From the NCBI GenBank assembly GCA_041675205.1, contig JBAYUF010000001.1, positions 148,863 through 212,862 of the forward strand: DNA of 64,000 nt, read 5' to 3'. The notes below the pieces were generated by a model. The model worked only from the letters and a program-made list of their open reading frames with translations. It was not told where the DNA came from and made no database searches. This document shows positions 1-8,683 of this stretch, one piece after another. Source of the DNA: Patescibacteria group bacterium (GTDB taxonomy: Bacteria > Patescibacteriota > Patescibacteriia > GWA2-46-9). Both the position numbers and the translations under genes were made by a program. The first letter of the stretch is position 1, and every line of letters begins with the position of its first letter.

Positions 1-2
1 TT

Positions 3-281
3 ATCGCGACCCCTACCGCGCCACACGTCGCCTTTCCAATTGGTGAACAAAGTAATGACCCGCTGAAGATGTACTTGGAAGATATTTTTATGAGCCCAGC
101 GTCACTTGCCGGGTTGCCCGCCATTTCGCTGCCAATGGGACTTGTCGCAGGTGGTGATGGCGTTCGTTTGCCAATCGGGTTGCAGCTTATCAGTCGACGA
201 TTTGACGAAGCTGGATTATTTGCGGGGAGTGCGGTATTGGAAAAACAGTTGCCAGCCACCGGTCGTCCGACACTTGGCTAA
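3..281 (+). CDS. gatA: Asp/Glu-tRNA amidotransferase subunit A, 3' part (truncated by window edge)
   Basis: Reads [49 protein letters not shown], the typical GatA C-terminus. Confidence 0.92.
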   Translation: MATPTAPHVAFPIGEQSNDPLKMYLEDIFMSPASLAGLPAISLPMGLVAGGDGVRLPIGLQLISRRFDEAGLFAGSAVLEKQLPATGRPTLG

Positions 282-284
282 CGT

Positions 285-713
285 ATGCCAAAGGTCGCGA
301 TTGTAATCTTCGTACTTTTTGCCATAGCTTTCATATTTTTACTTTTCAAGCGGTGGCTGGTTCGAAAACTTCGTTCGCGAGAATTCTCACTTACTGACAA
401 AAAAGCCTGGGCAGAAAAATGGGCGAGCATTGAAGCACTTGTTGACCAGGGTGAAACGCATTGGTCAATCGCAGTGATTGAGGCAGATAAGTTGTTTGAC
501 CGAGTACTGAAAGCAAAGTCGCTGCCGGGAAAAGACATGGGGGAGCGTTTACGGTTTTTAACCCGCAGCAAGCCGCAACTACGTTATGTGTGGCCAGCTC
601 ATTTGACTCGAAATCGTTTAGTACACGAAGCGAACTACCAGCCTGACAGGGGAACAGCTCGCCGAGCTGTGCACACATTTGGTAAAGCGCTTCGCGAACT
701 CGGCGTGCTATAA
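285..713 (+). CDS. Hypothetical protein with N-terminal membrane anchor
   Basis: 142-aa ORF starting 3 nt after the gatA stop; hydrophobic N-terminus; AVIEADKL..GERL..AHLTRNRLVHE. Confidence 0.75.
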   Translation: MPKVAIVIFVLFAIAFIFLLFKRWLVRKLRSREFSLTDKKAWAEKWASIEALVDQGETHWSIAVIEADKLFDRVLKAKSLPGKDMGERLRFLTRSKPQLRYVWPAHLTRNRLVHEANYQPDRGTARRAVHTFGKALRELGVL

Positions 714-720
714 TCAGGTA

Positions 721-1707
721 ATGGCAGTTATATACGACACTATAATCATTGGCGGTGGTCCGGCGGCGACGGGTGCTGGGGTGTATGCGGCTCGAAAGCG
801 TATGAAGACGTTACTGCTTACTGAGTCGTTCGGTGGTCAGTCGATTGTTTCGGACGATATTCAAAACTGGATTGGTGAGCCACACGTGTCTGGTATTGAG
901 CTGATGCAAAAGTTGAAAGCTCATCTCAGCGCCTACGCTGATGTTCTTGAAATTAAAGAAGGGGTGCGCGCCACCGAAGTTGTGAAAATAAAGTGTCGAG
1001 AGAATCGCATATGCGACTTTGTTGTTACGACGACGAATGGCACAAAGTACACAACAAAAACCGTCATTGTTACGACTGGTGCGAGGCGGCGGATGCTTGG
1101 GGTGCCGGGTGAAGCAAAACTGAACGGGAAGGGTGTGGCATACTGTTCAACGTGCGATGCGCCGCTCTTTAAAGGTAAAACCGTCGCTGTTGTTGGTGGC
1201 GGGAATGCTGGGTTAGAAGCGGTTGAGGATTTGTTTCCCTATGCGGAAAAAGTTTATTTACTCGTGCATGGCGATGCACCAACGGGCGACCCCGTAGTGT
1301 ACGCGAAAGTGAAGGGCAATGAGAAATTGAGTATTTTAACAAATGCTGAAATAAAAAAAGTGTCCGGTGATACATTTTTAACCTCGATTACCTATACCGT
1401 TGACGGTGCGAAAGAAGAACGTGAATTGCCCGTGTCCGGATTATTTATTGAAATTGGTTCTGTTCCGAATTCAGAGCCGGTGGCTAGTTTAGTTGACCTC
1501 GACAAGGCCAAACAAGTAGTGGTGAATCCTCGTACCTGCGCTACATCCCAAGCTGGTATTTTTTCGGCCGGAGACGTAACTGATGACCCATTCAAACAAA
1601 ATAATATTTCTGCCGGGGACGGCGTGAAAGCAGCACTTTCTGCCTACTATTACCTCATGGAGCAAGAACGGGCGAACCCGATGCTTGAAAGTGCTGACGC
1701 GAGGTAA
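721..1707 (+). CDS. trxB: Thioredoxin-disulfide reductase family FAD/NAD(P)H oxidoreductase (TrxB/AhpF-like)
   Basis: GGGPA FAD motif, YCSTCDAP redox CxxC, VVGGGNAG, FSAGDVT; ATG at 721 follows TGCTATAAT at 706-714. Confidence 0.85.
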   Translation: MAVIYDTIIIGGGPAATGAGVYAARKRMKTLLLTESFGGQSIVSDDIQNWIGEPHVSGIELMQKLKAHLSAYADVLEIKEGVRATEVVKIKCRENRICDFVVTTTNGTKYTTKTVIVTTGARRRMLGVPGEAKLNGKGVAYCSTCDAPLFKGKTVAVVGGGNAGLEAVEDLFPYAEKVYLLVHGDAPTGDPVVYAKVKGNEKLSILTNAEIKKVSGDTFLTSITYTVDGAKEERELPVSGLFIEIGSVPNSEPVASLVDLDKAKQVVVNPRTCATSQAGIFSAGDVTDDPFKQNNISAGDGVKAALSAYYYLMEQERANPMLESADAR

Positions 1708-1814
1708 AGCTATTTGACACACCAGCTTACCCGCCGTTAAATAAAGAAGTCAGTTCCACAACTTCATCAAGGGGGAGGGCTTTTGGAGTCGCTCTTTCAC
1801 AGGAGGAACGAGTC

Positions 1815-2387
1815 ATGGATGGTTTGGAGCTTGTCGTGCGGTTGGACTACCAGTCGCCGCCGTTGGTGGCGCACTTGCGTGAGACGGGTATGACTGCCCA
1901 CATCATTCGTGGAGGTACGATTATTCATCTCGAGTCTGTGATTTCCGGATATCGAGTGCCTGAGCTTTTGGAGAGCCAGTTGCAGCGAGACACGGGGACC
2001 ATCCGGCTTCAAATCCCTGAACGGGGTGGCAAAGACGTTGGCTTCGGCACTATCGTCTGCGGCCTGAGCGGCTGCAAGATACGGCCGTATTGGTCGTCTG
2101 CGTTTCCCAAAGTGTGCGGTGAACACGCTCGCTTCACTGGTTCAAAGGGCCTCATCACCGTGACGTACCGGCCCAAAAGGAGGTGTTGGACAATCTCTCG
2201 TTACCTGGTGAAACGTACCGGAAATCTCGCCGAGGTGCTGCCCTCGATTCTCTGGCAGGGGTGCGAAGAGGTGATGCCAAGCCACGTGTGGGAACTTTTC
2301 GGTGCGGCATGTGTCGCAGCGCAACAGAAGGCGGAGTGCCCGCGTTGTGTGCACGCGCATTTCGCGCTTCCATTCCGGCACCATTGA
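1815..2387 (+). CDS. Hypothetical protein, possible Zn-binding C-terminus
   Basis: AGGAGG SD; TTGACA at ~1714; C-terminal CPRCVHAH; followed by a GC hairpin. Confidence 0.7.
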   Translation: MDGLELVVRLDYQSPPLVAHLRETGMTAHIIRGGTIIHLESVISGYRVPELLESQLQRDTGTIRLQIPERGGKDVGFGTIVCGLSGCKIRPYWSSAFPKVCGEHARFTGSKGLITVTYRPKRRCWTISRYLVKRTGNLAEVLPSILWQGCEEVMPSHVWELFGAACVAAQQKAECPRCVHAHFALPFRHH

Positions 2388-2400
2388 GGTGAAATTTTCT

Positions 2401-2432
2401 CGTGGGGCGGTTGCAACAGCAGCCGCCCCACG
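2401..2432. terminator. Hairpin between convergent genes
   Basis: CGTGGGGCGGTTGC-AACA-GCAGCCGCCCCACG inverted repeat. Confidence 0.65.
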
Positions 2433-2462
2433 CCCGTTAATTTGATAAAGAAAAGCGCCGCC

Positions 2463-2738
2463 TCACGGTGGGAGAGGCGGCGACTTCTGGAAGTACTTGC
2501 TGCGGTCCACCCACATGAGAGCGGCGACCCCGAGAACGGCGATTGCGCCGTCAAGCAAGTACATTGTCTTGTAGCCGGCGATGGTGTAAGGAACCAGGCC
2601 GGCGAACGAAAGGATTAGGAGGACGAAGGCGACAAGTGCGCCTCCAACTGCGGCCTTTGATCGTCTGAGTGCCCTCCAGTTGATTCGAATCTTCTTGCGC
2701 CGCCGCCGAGGCCGAGCCGTACGTTTTTTGTTCTTCAC
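2463..2738 (-). CDS. Small two-TM membrane protein with basic N-terminus
   Basis: GTG start with GGAGG SD; TTGACC-18-TAAGGT promoter upstream; two hydrophobic segments. Confidence 0.6.
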   Translation of the reverse strand: MKNKKRTARPRRRRKKIRINWRALRRSKAAVGGALVAFVLLILSFAGLVPYTIAGYKTMYLLDGAIAVLGVAALMWVDRSKYFQKSPPLPP

Positions 2739-2829
2739 GGTGAACCTCCAAGCCGTTGTGGCGAACAAACCTTACGCCTGGCAAAGGGGATGGGTCAAGC
2801 AGTGCCTTGCTTCATAAACCTTGAAAACG

Positions 2830-2854
2830 TATCCTTCGACTACGTTCAGGATAA
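2830..2854 (+). repeat. Short REP-like hairpin TATCCTTCGACTACGTTCAGGATAA
   Basis: TATCCT/AGGATA stem; resembles CTTCGACT.CGCTCAGG-type interspersed palindromes (from memory); single copy in window. Confidence 0.4.
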
Positions 2855-2933
2855 ATAGTGAGCAAGCATACCTCTCTGTTCACTGATTGTGCGTATTTCT
2901 GGTATGATGCGGCAGTCCCAATCTTGAGATTTT

Positions 2934-2993
2934 GGAGAGGTCGCATATCCCTTCACAGGGACTTCCTTGTTGGTCGGTGGTCTAGCGCACTCG
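2934..2993 (+). pseudogene. Degenerate 5' half copy of tRNA-Ser interrupted by a 29-nt insert
   Basis: GGAGAGGTCGCATA (2934-2947) + insert 2948-2976 + GTGGTCTAGCGCACTCG, matching the 5' end of the tRNA at 3066. Confidence 0.7.
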
Positions 2994-3065
2994 ATTGTTG
3001 AAAATCCTGTCATTCATAGTTATTAAATAATAAGGACGGGAGAAAGCGTTCATTGTATTTTTGGC

Positions 3066-3154
<89 letters not shown>

Positions 3155-3249
3155 AAATAGAATGCATACCGCAAGGTATCAGAGGTGGAGATTTATGGTG
3201 AGTGGGGTGAATCAGTTTCACTCTTGGCGTAAAAGTCGATATTTAAAAT

Positions 3250-4338
3250 ATGAAATTTGAAGGCGCGCCACAATTTAAGCCAGAAGAAAAATTACAGGAA
3301 CGCTTGCAGGCGCAAGTGGAAGTTTTTGCCGACAAAGGCGTAGAAAACTTTACAGAAGAGCAAGCTAAAATACTAAAATATTCTGCCGAACTTTCTAAAA
3401 TAAAAGATTTAAACAACTTACCACCGGATTTGCCGGAAGAGCTTGTTGCTCTAATTCAAAAACATAAAGACACTTATGTAAATTTCTTGCGCCAAGAAAG
3501 AAAATTGGAAACCTCTTTCATTGAAGAAAATATCAAAACGTATAAGGAGAAGTTTCAACCAGTAATCGCCGAATTGAAGGCAAAAATGGCGCATGGAAAT
3601 TTCAAAGAACTTCCTGAATATCTTGGTTCTGGAAGCAATGGCTCAGCCTTTCGAATTGAGGTGGATGGCAAAACGTACGCCGCGAAATTCTCAAAAAGTA
3701 TTACTCAAGTAAATTTTGAGATCAAGCCACTTCTTCGAGCAGAGGGTATTCCACACACTTCCCAGCTTGTCAGCTATTCTTTTGACGATGGCGTGGTGAT
3801 TATGGAGCTATTGGAAGGAACGGAGGTAGCAAATTTTACACCAGAAGAAGCACCAGAATATTCTGACGAACACATAATTCAACTCATTGACACGGTGCGA
3901 GAACTCGACGCGAAAGGACTTGTTATTGACCCGAAGGCGTCTAATTTTATGTATGACCCGGAGCAAGGGTTTTCTGTTTTGGACTACCATTTAAAAACTG
4001 CTGGTAGTAGATACGGACTTCCGCAAGAAATAATTAGCTTGAGAATTGCTCTTACGGCAAGAAAATTTGAAACACTTGACTACAAAGCTCCCGATTTCGA
4101 GGAAAAAGAAAAAGCACAGTCAATAGAACGAAATAAAATTTATTTGCCGTTAATGGTTCGTCTGTTCGGTATTCTAAAAGAAAAATATCCTGATATTCTT
4201 GCAGAGTGGCAAAGACAGCAGGATGAAGATAAGAAAAATCCGAATATGTCAGTTCCCGATTTGATTGACAGAAGATATATTTCACAAAATCCTGAGTTAG
4301 AACCTCATATTAAAAAATTAGAGGAAATGGGTTTTTAA
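3250..4338 (+). CDS. Protein kinase-like fold protein
   Basis: Gly-rich LGSGSNGSAF, YAAK, IMELLEG hinge, IDPKASN catalytic-loop-like, LDY (DFG-equivalent). Confidence 0.65.
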   Translation: MKFEGAPQFKPEEKLQERLQAQVEVFADKGVENFTEEQAKILKYSAELSKIKDLNNLPPDLPEELVALIQKHKDTYVNFLRQERKLETSFIEENIKTYKEKFQPVIAELKAKMAHGNFKELPEYLGSGSNGSAFRIEVDGKTYAAKFSKSITQVNFEIKPLLRAEGIPHTSQLVSYSFDDGVVIMELLEGTEVANFTPEEAPEYSDEHIIQLIDTVRELDAKGLVIDPKASNFMYDPEQGFSVLDYHLKTAGSRYGLPQEIISLRIALTARKFETLDYKAPDFEEKEKAQSIERNKIYLPLMVRLFGILKEKYPDILAEWQRQQDEDKKNPNMSVPDLIDRRYISQNPELEPHIKKLEEMGF

Positions 4339-4352
4339 GATGTTAGATTTAT

Positions 4353-4808
4353 ATGATTCTTTACCACGGCTCTCGACATAGAGTAGATAAGCTAGAAAGA
4401 CGTCAGGCGCAGGCTGCTGATGGTCTTACTGTTCCAGAGGGAGAACTACTCGAGGCAATATATCTCACCCCGGATCGTGGTTTTGCAATTGCTATGGCAG
4501 CGCGACCCGATGGGCTAACAGAGATTAATGATGAAGAACACAAGATTCATTTTGAGCATCCCGAATTGTTTAACCCAGAGCAAGAGATTTTTCTTTATGC
4601 TATTGCTGCTGAATCCTTAAACGGCGGAAGAATCGAGAAAATTGACGAAAGGCAATACGCAATACTGGATGCCAAAGAAATTATTCCGAGTGCAGTCGAA
4701 GAGCTTCGGGCAGGAGAAGTCGAGAAATACTACGAACTTACAAATTGGAAAAGAGAAAGCGAAAAGGATATAAATAGTGAGATGCGTAATAGTGATTCTC
4801 GAAGATAA
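4353..4808 (+). CDS. Hypothetical protein, possible ADP-ribosyltransferase-like fold
   Basis: N-terminal LYHGS followed by IYLTP..FA, the H-Y pattern of Arr/PARP-like ARTs. Confidence 0.5.
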   Translation: MILYHGSRHRVDKLERRQAQAADGLTVPEGELLEAIYLTPDRGFAIAMAARPDGLTEINDEEHKIHFEHPELFNPEQEIFLYAIAAESLNGGRIEKIDERQYAILDAKEIIPSAVEELRAGEVEKYYELTNWKRESEKDINSEMRNSDSRR

Positions 4809-4934
4809 GATATTGACCCAGGTCCGCAAATTCTTGTTTGGCCCAATTGCTTGAAATTTCGTACAATATGCTTACTACAGTAATGCCCGACCTTGGTAGT
4901 CCGAGGAATTTCCTTACTAGCATGGAAAAAATAA

Positions 4935-5162
4935 ATGAAAACTATGGCAAAAAATCTAATAACAATATCGTATCTAACAAAAAATATCTCAACAGTAATC
5001 GGCTTAGTTTTGATTTGGCGCGGTATTTGGTATGTGCTAGATGAGCTAGATATGCTGTTTTTTGATGGTGGTCACATTTGGACCACGGTAGTGGGCATCA
5101 TTGTTGGTTTCCTCATTCTATATATACCAGATAAAGATTTGAAAGAAATTGAAAAAATGTAA
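4935..5162 (+). CDS. Small two-TM membrane protein
   Basis: 75-aa ORF with two hydrophobic helices (LIWRGIW). Confidence 0.7.
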   Translation: MKTMAKNLITISYLTKNISTVIGLVLIWRGIWYVLDELDMLFFDGGHIWTTVVGIIVGFLILYIPDKDLKEIEKM

Positions 5163-5204
5163 TGAAATTGCGAACGACATTGAAATAGAGGACTTGCAAG
5201 TTGC

Positions 5205-5558
5205 ATGATAGTGAATCAGAAAATTCGGGGTGGCATACTAACCACTATTGGCTATATACTTTCACCGCTCTCGTGGTGGAATGATTTGCTTATCAATATT
5301 CCGTTGGCGTATGCATTTGCATTTCCATTCGGACTTATATCGAGAGATTTATTTCTTCCAATGATGGTTTTGGGTTATTGGATAACAAACGTTGTTGGTT
5401 TTATCTTGATGCATCACGGGGTTAAGGACATCCTCTCGAAAGAGGAAGGCAGCTATACACGTAAGGAATTAGTAAAAGATTTTGCTTTTTCACTTGCCTA
5501 CACCGTACTCGTTGTTGCCCTTGTTGCAATAGGCTGGCTAAAATTTCCTTTGGAATAG
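5205..5558 (+). CDS. Membrane protein of unknown function
   Basis: GYILSPLSWWND motif; several TM segments. Confidence 0.75.
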   Translation: MIVNQKIRGGILTTIGYILSPLSWWNDLLINIPLAYAFAFPFGLISRDLFLPMMVLGYWITNVVGFILMHHGVKDILSKEEGSYTRKELVKDFAFSLAYTVLVVALVAIGWLKFPLE

Positions 5559-5594
5559 GTTAGCTAGCAGTAATATGGTTTTGATTTAAACAGT

Positions 5595-6071
5595 ATGGCT
5601 GATAGTAAAAAGTTTGATGAACTCATAGACAATGAGAAATACCAAGTTTTTTTATTCACCAGTTCCGGTAATATACCATTTCATTTTGCGGCTCATCCTT
5701 GGTTTGTGATTAATAATCGTGGCTTAATTTCTAGATGGGAAGTTCTTTTCAGAAAAATGTATCACGAGACGAATGGGGGGCATTTGTATAAAAATTTCTT
5801 TCCGCTATTTCAAGGAATTGAGGTAGTTCATTTTTCGCGCAAGAGTGTTTGGAAGGCAAAGTTGCTTGGTAGCATAGAGGGTGATACTGCGAAAAAAATG
5901 GTGTCGTTTATAGAGAATTCTTATTCCACGTATCCTTTTCGAGATAGGTATTTTTTGACTGGTCCAAACAGTAACACCTATCCGCAGTGGGTTCTTGATC
6001 ATTTTCCTGAGTTTGCAGTGAAATTACCGTGGAATGCCTTTGGTAAGAACTATGCACGCATGGTAAAATAA
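5595..6071 (+). CDS. DUF3750-like protein
   Basis: HPWFV, RWEV, YPF..Y..GPNSNT motifs. Confidence 0.65.
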   Translation: MADSKKFDELIDNEKYQVFLFTSSGNIPFHFAAHPWFVINNRGLISRWEVLFRKMYHETNGGHLYKNFFPLFQGIEVVHFSRKSVWKAKLLGSIEGDTAKKMVSFIENSYSTYPFRDRYFLTGPNSNTYPQWVLDHFPEFAVKLPWNAFGKNYARMVK

Positions 6072-6110
6072 AAAAAGAAAAAAATATGCTGCATAGTCAT
6101 CAAACAACAA

Positions 6111-6197
6111 CCTGGTCTAGCTTCGTTAGCAATAACACCTCCTTTTGATAGAAGCGGGGGTCTATGATGCATTGTCCCGCTAACAGGCGGGTTTTTT
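6111..6197 (+). promoter_or_regulatory. Candidate riboswitch/attenuator (preQ1-II-like pseudoknot plus intrinsic terminator)
   Basis: Terminator CCCGC-TAACAG-GCGGG-TTTTTT at 6176-6197; competing AGCGGG at 6153-6158; GCTTC/GAAGC pairing; lies upstream of a queuosine-precursor transporter. Confidence 0.55.
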
Positions 6198-6225
6198 ATT
6201 TTTACCATTTTCAATAGTCAATACT

Positions 6226-6864
6226 ATGATTACTCTCAGTGAACAGTCGTTTAAAAAATTACTTATAGCGTTAGCGTTGTATCTAACGTCGCTTTTCGCC
6301 GCCAATACGCTGGGGCTTAAGATTATGCCCTTTATTTTTGGTTCTCACTTGTCGGTTGGCGTGTTCTCTTTTCCGGTCGTATTCTTGATGACTGACGTTG
6401 TTGGTGAAGTGTACGGTAAGCGAATTGCCAAACTATTCGTGCTGGCGGGTTTAGTCAGCACACTACTTTTTATTGCGTATTCATTTCTATCCTTAGCGCT
6501 CCCATGGTCTGCTGAAGGCGAGTGGGCGAAGGAGGGGTACAATTTGATATTTGGCATTTCAGCTCGCATTGCCATTGCCTCAGTTGTGGCCTTTGCTATT
6601 GCTGAGTATCAGGACGTGTTTTCTTTTTTCTTGTTACGCGAAAAGTTTGGGGTACGGTTTTTCTGGTTGCGTTCTATGTTGTCAAACCTTTGGTCGCAGT
6701 TACTAGACACGGTAGTATTTATGGTCATTGCATTCGCCGGTGTGTATTCGACGGCCACGCTCATAAGTATCATTATTTCCTGGTGGCTTTTTAAAGTTGC
6801 TATGGGGGTATTGTATACGCCGCTTTCTTACGTCGGCATTTATCTTCTTCGAGAGGCGGAATAA
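6226..6864 (+). CDS. yhhQ: Queuosine precursor transporter (VUT/COG1738, YhhQ family)
   Basis: AN..GLK, FPVVFLMTDVVGEVYG, RIAIAS..AF..EYQDV, WLRS..SN..SQLLDT..F..IAF. Confidence 0.88.
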   Translation: MITLSEQSFKKLLIALALYLTSLFAANTLGLKIMPFIFGSHLSVGVFSFPVVFLMTDVVGEVYGKRIAKLFVLAGLVSTLLFIAYSFLSLALPWSAEGEWAKEGYNLIFGISARIAIASVVAFAIAEYQDVFSFFLLREKFGVRFFWLRSMLSNLWSQLLDTVVFMVIAFAGVYSTATLISIIISWWLFKVAMGVLYTPLSYVGIYLLREAE

Positions 6865-6898
6865 TAAACTACTGTGTTAGCAGCACCATTGTTAATGT

Positions 6899-7612
6899 AT
6901 GAATGAAATGTTTGTTAAAGCAATAAAAACTGGAATTTTTGAAGAAGGGGAGGATTTACTTGCCTTTATAATTCGTTACGTCAAAAGTATTCAGGATCAG
7001 TCCATCATTGTTGTCACTTCGAAGATTGTCGCTTTATCTGAAAACAGAACAGCGATTGTTCCCAATAAGAAAGCAAAAGAAAAGTTAATTCTTGGCGAAA
7101 GCCAATTCGCACTACCAACGAAACACGTATGGCTTACCGTCAAAGACGGTTTATTGATGGCCAACGCTGGAATTGATGAATCAAACGCAAATGGGAAATT
7201 GATACTGCTACCAAAAGATAGTTTCAAAGCCGCGCGATTGCTTCGTAAGAAATTGCTAGTGAAGTACAAAGTGAAAGAGCTCGGCGTGCTCATTACCGAC
7301 AGCCGCACTAGTCCGCTTCGCGCTGGCGTAACGGGCGTGGCACTTGGTTATGCCGGCTTTCGGGGTGTGAAAGATTATCGGGGCAAGCGGGATATTTTTG
7401 GTAGAATCGCCAAATATTCTCGAACTAATGTGGCGGATTGTTTGGCAACTGCCGCGGTGCTTGTAATGGGAGAAGGCAACGAACAACAGCCATTAGCGGT
7501 CATTAAAAAAAGTGGTATAGAGTTTTGTGATACCGTGAATCGTAAAGAGTTAGAAATTGCTATAAAAGATGATATGTATCGGCCATTGTTTTCGAAATTA
7601 CGGAAGAAGTAG
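6899..7612 (+). CDS. CofE-family gamma-glutamyl ligase (F420-0:L-glutamate ligase / FolC2-like)
   Basis: VVTSKIVALSE, NAGIDESN, ITDS...PLRAG..GVALG..G, DIFGR, AD.LA.AA..VMGEGNE..P. Confidence 0.88.
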   Translation: MNEMFVKAIKTGIFEEGEDLLAFIIRYVKSIQDQSIIVVTSKIVALSENRTAIVPNKKAKEKLILGESQFALPTKHVWLTVKDGLLMANAGIDESNANGKLILLPKDSFKAARLLRKKLLVKYKVKELGVLITDSRTSPLRAGVTGVALGYAGFRGVKDYRGKRDIFGRIAKYSRTNVADCLATAAVLVMGEGNEQQPLAVIKKSGIEFCDTVNRKELEIAIKDDMYRPLFSKLRKK

Positions 7613-7619
7613 TAACTAT

Positions 7620-8639
7620 ATGACAACGAAAAAACCATTTGCGCCGCTTCTCGGTCAGGTGTTGCAAAAAATTGCACCTCGCATTGGCGCAAAAGTTGTG
7701 ATGGAGCCCGAGTGGAATGTTGTTGGGCAAATTATCTTTAAGAATGGTCGAAAGCGGTATTTTCGTTATTCCAGTCTTGACTTGAATTCTTTAGGTTCGT
7801 CTGAAGTAGCCAAAGATAAAGACTACGCTAATTTTTTTATGAAACGCATGGGGTACAAAATTATACCTCACAGCAAAACGTTTTACAGAGATGATTGGGG
7901 TAAGGCAATTGGTCAACCACGGCGGAACATTGCGGCGGCGCACAGGCATGCGCAGAAAATTGGTTTTCCTGTTGTGGTTAAACCAAACAGTGGTAGCCAG
8001 GGGTCTGGTGTGTCACTCGCGCACAATAAACAAGAATTTTATCGAGCCGTAAAAGCGGCGTTTACAAATGACCGCATTGTTCTTGTGCAGCCACAAGTGA
8101 AAGGGAAGGACTACCGTCTGGTGGTTCTCGATAAGCGAGTCATTTCTGCTTATGAACGGGAACCTATAAGCGTCGTTGGCAATGGAAAGGCAACCATCAT
8201 GCAGCTTATAAAGCTAAAGCAGCAAGAGTTTATTCTTGCAGGCCGCGACACGCAACTAAGGCCACATGACCCACGTATAAAAGAAAAACTAAAGCGTGAC
8301 GGCCTTACGTTTCGTTCAATTGTGCCGCGCGGCGAGCGCATTTATTTACTCAACAATGCAAACCTTTCAACGGGTGGAGATTCGGTAGACGTTACTGCTA
8401 TTGTTCACCCGAGCTTCAAAAAGCTCGCAGTACAATTAACTAAAGACATGGGGCTCCGACTTTGTGGCGTTGACCTTATGGTACGAGGCGACATTACCCA
8501 AAAACCAAATGAGTATTGGATTCTAGAAATTAATTCTGCACCCGGCCTCGACCACTACGTGCAAACTGGTAAGGCTCAAGAAAAAATTGTTGAAGCGTTG
8601 TATCTCGAGGTTTTAAAAAGTATGGAAAAGAGTGGGTAA
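7620..8639 (+). CDS. Stand-alone ATP-grasp ligase (CphA/GshF ATP-grasp-like)
   Basis: AKDK, FPVVVKP..GSQGSGV, GKDYRLVV, ANLSTGGD, CGVDL, ILEINSAPG. Confidence 0.85.
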   Translation: MTTKKPFAPLLGQVLQKIAPRIGAKVVMEPEWNVVGQIIFKNGRKRYFRYSSLDLNSLGSSEVAKDKDYANFFMKRMGYKIIPHSKTFYRDDWGKAIGQPRRNIAAAHRHAQKIGFPVVVKPNSGSQGSGVSLAHNKQEFYRAVKAAFTNDRIVLVQPQVKGKDYRLVVLDKRVISAYEREPISVVGNGKATIMQLIKLKQQEFILAGRDTQLRPHDPRIKEKLKRDGLTFRSIVPRGERIYLLNNANLSTGGDSVDVTAIVHPSFKKLAVQLTKDMGLRLCGVDLMVRGDITQKPNEYWILEINSAPGLDHYVQTGKAQEKIVEALYLEVLKSMEKSG

Positions 8640-8683
8640 TTTTTTAAACTTTCCAAGTTTTCACATTCGAGCCAGAATACAAT

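Noticed and set aside
6111-6160. Canonical preQ1-I riboswitch
   Set aside because: GGTCTAGC resembles the loop, but the P1 stem and the AAAAAACTA 3' tail are missing
6899-7612. F420 biosynthesis
   Set aside because: No cofC/cofD/cofGH nearby; CofE homologs also act on folates
7620-8639. Cyanophycin synthetase CphA
   Set aside because: Only the ATP-grasp part is present (339 aa); no Mur-ligase domain and no cphB
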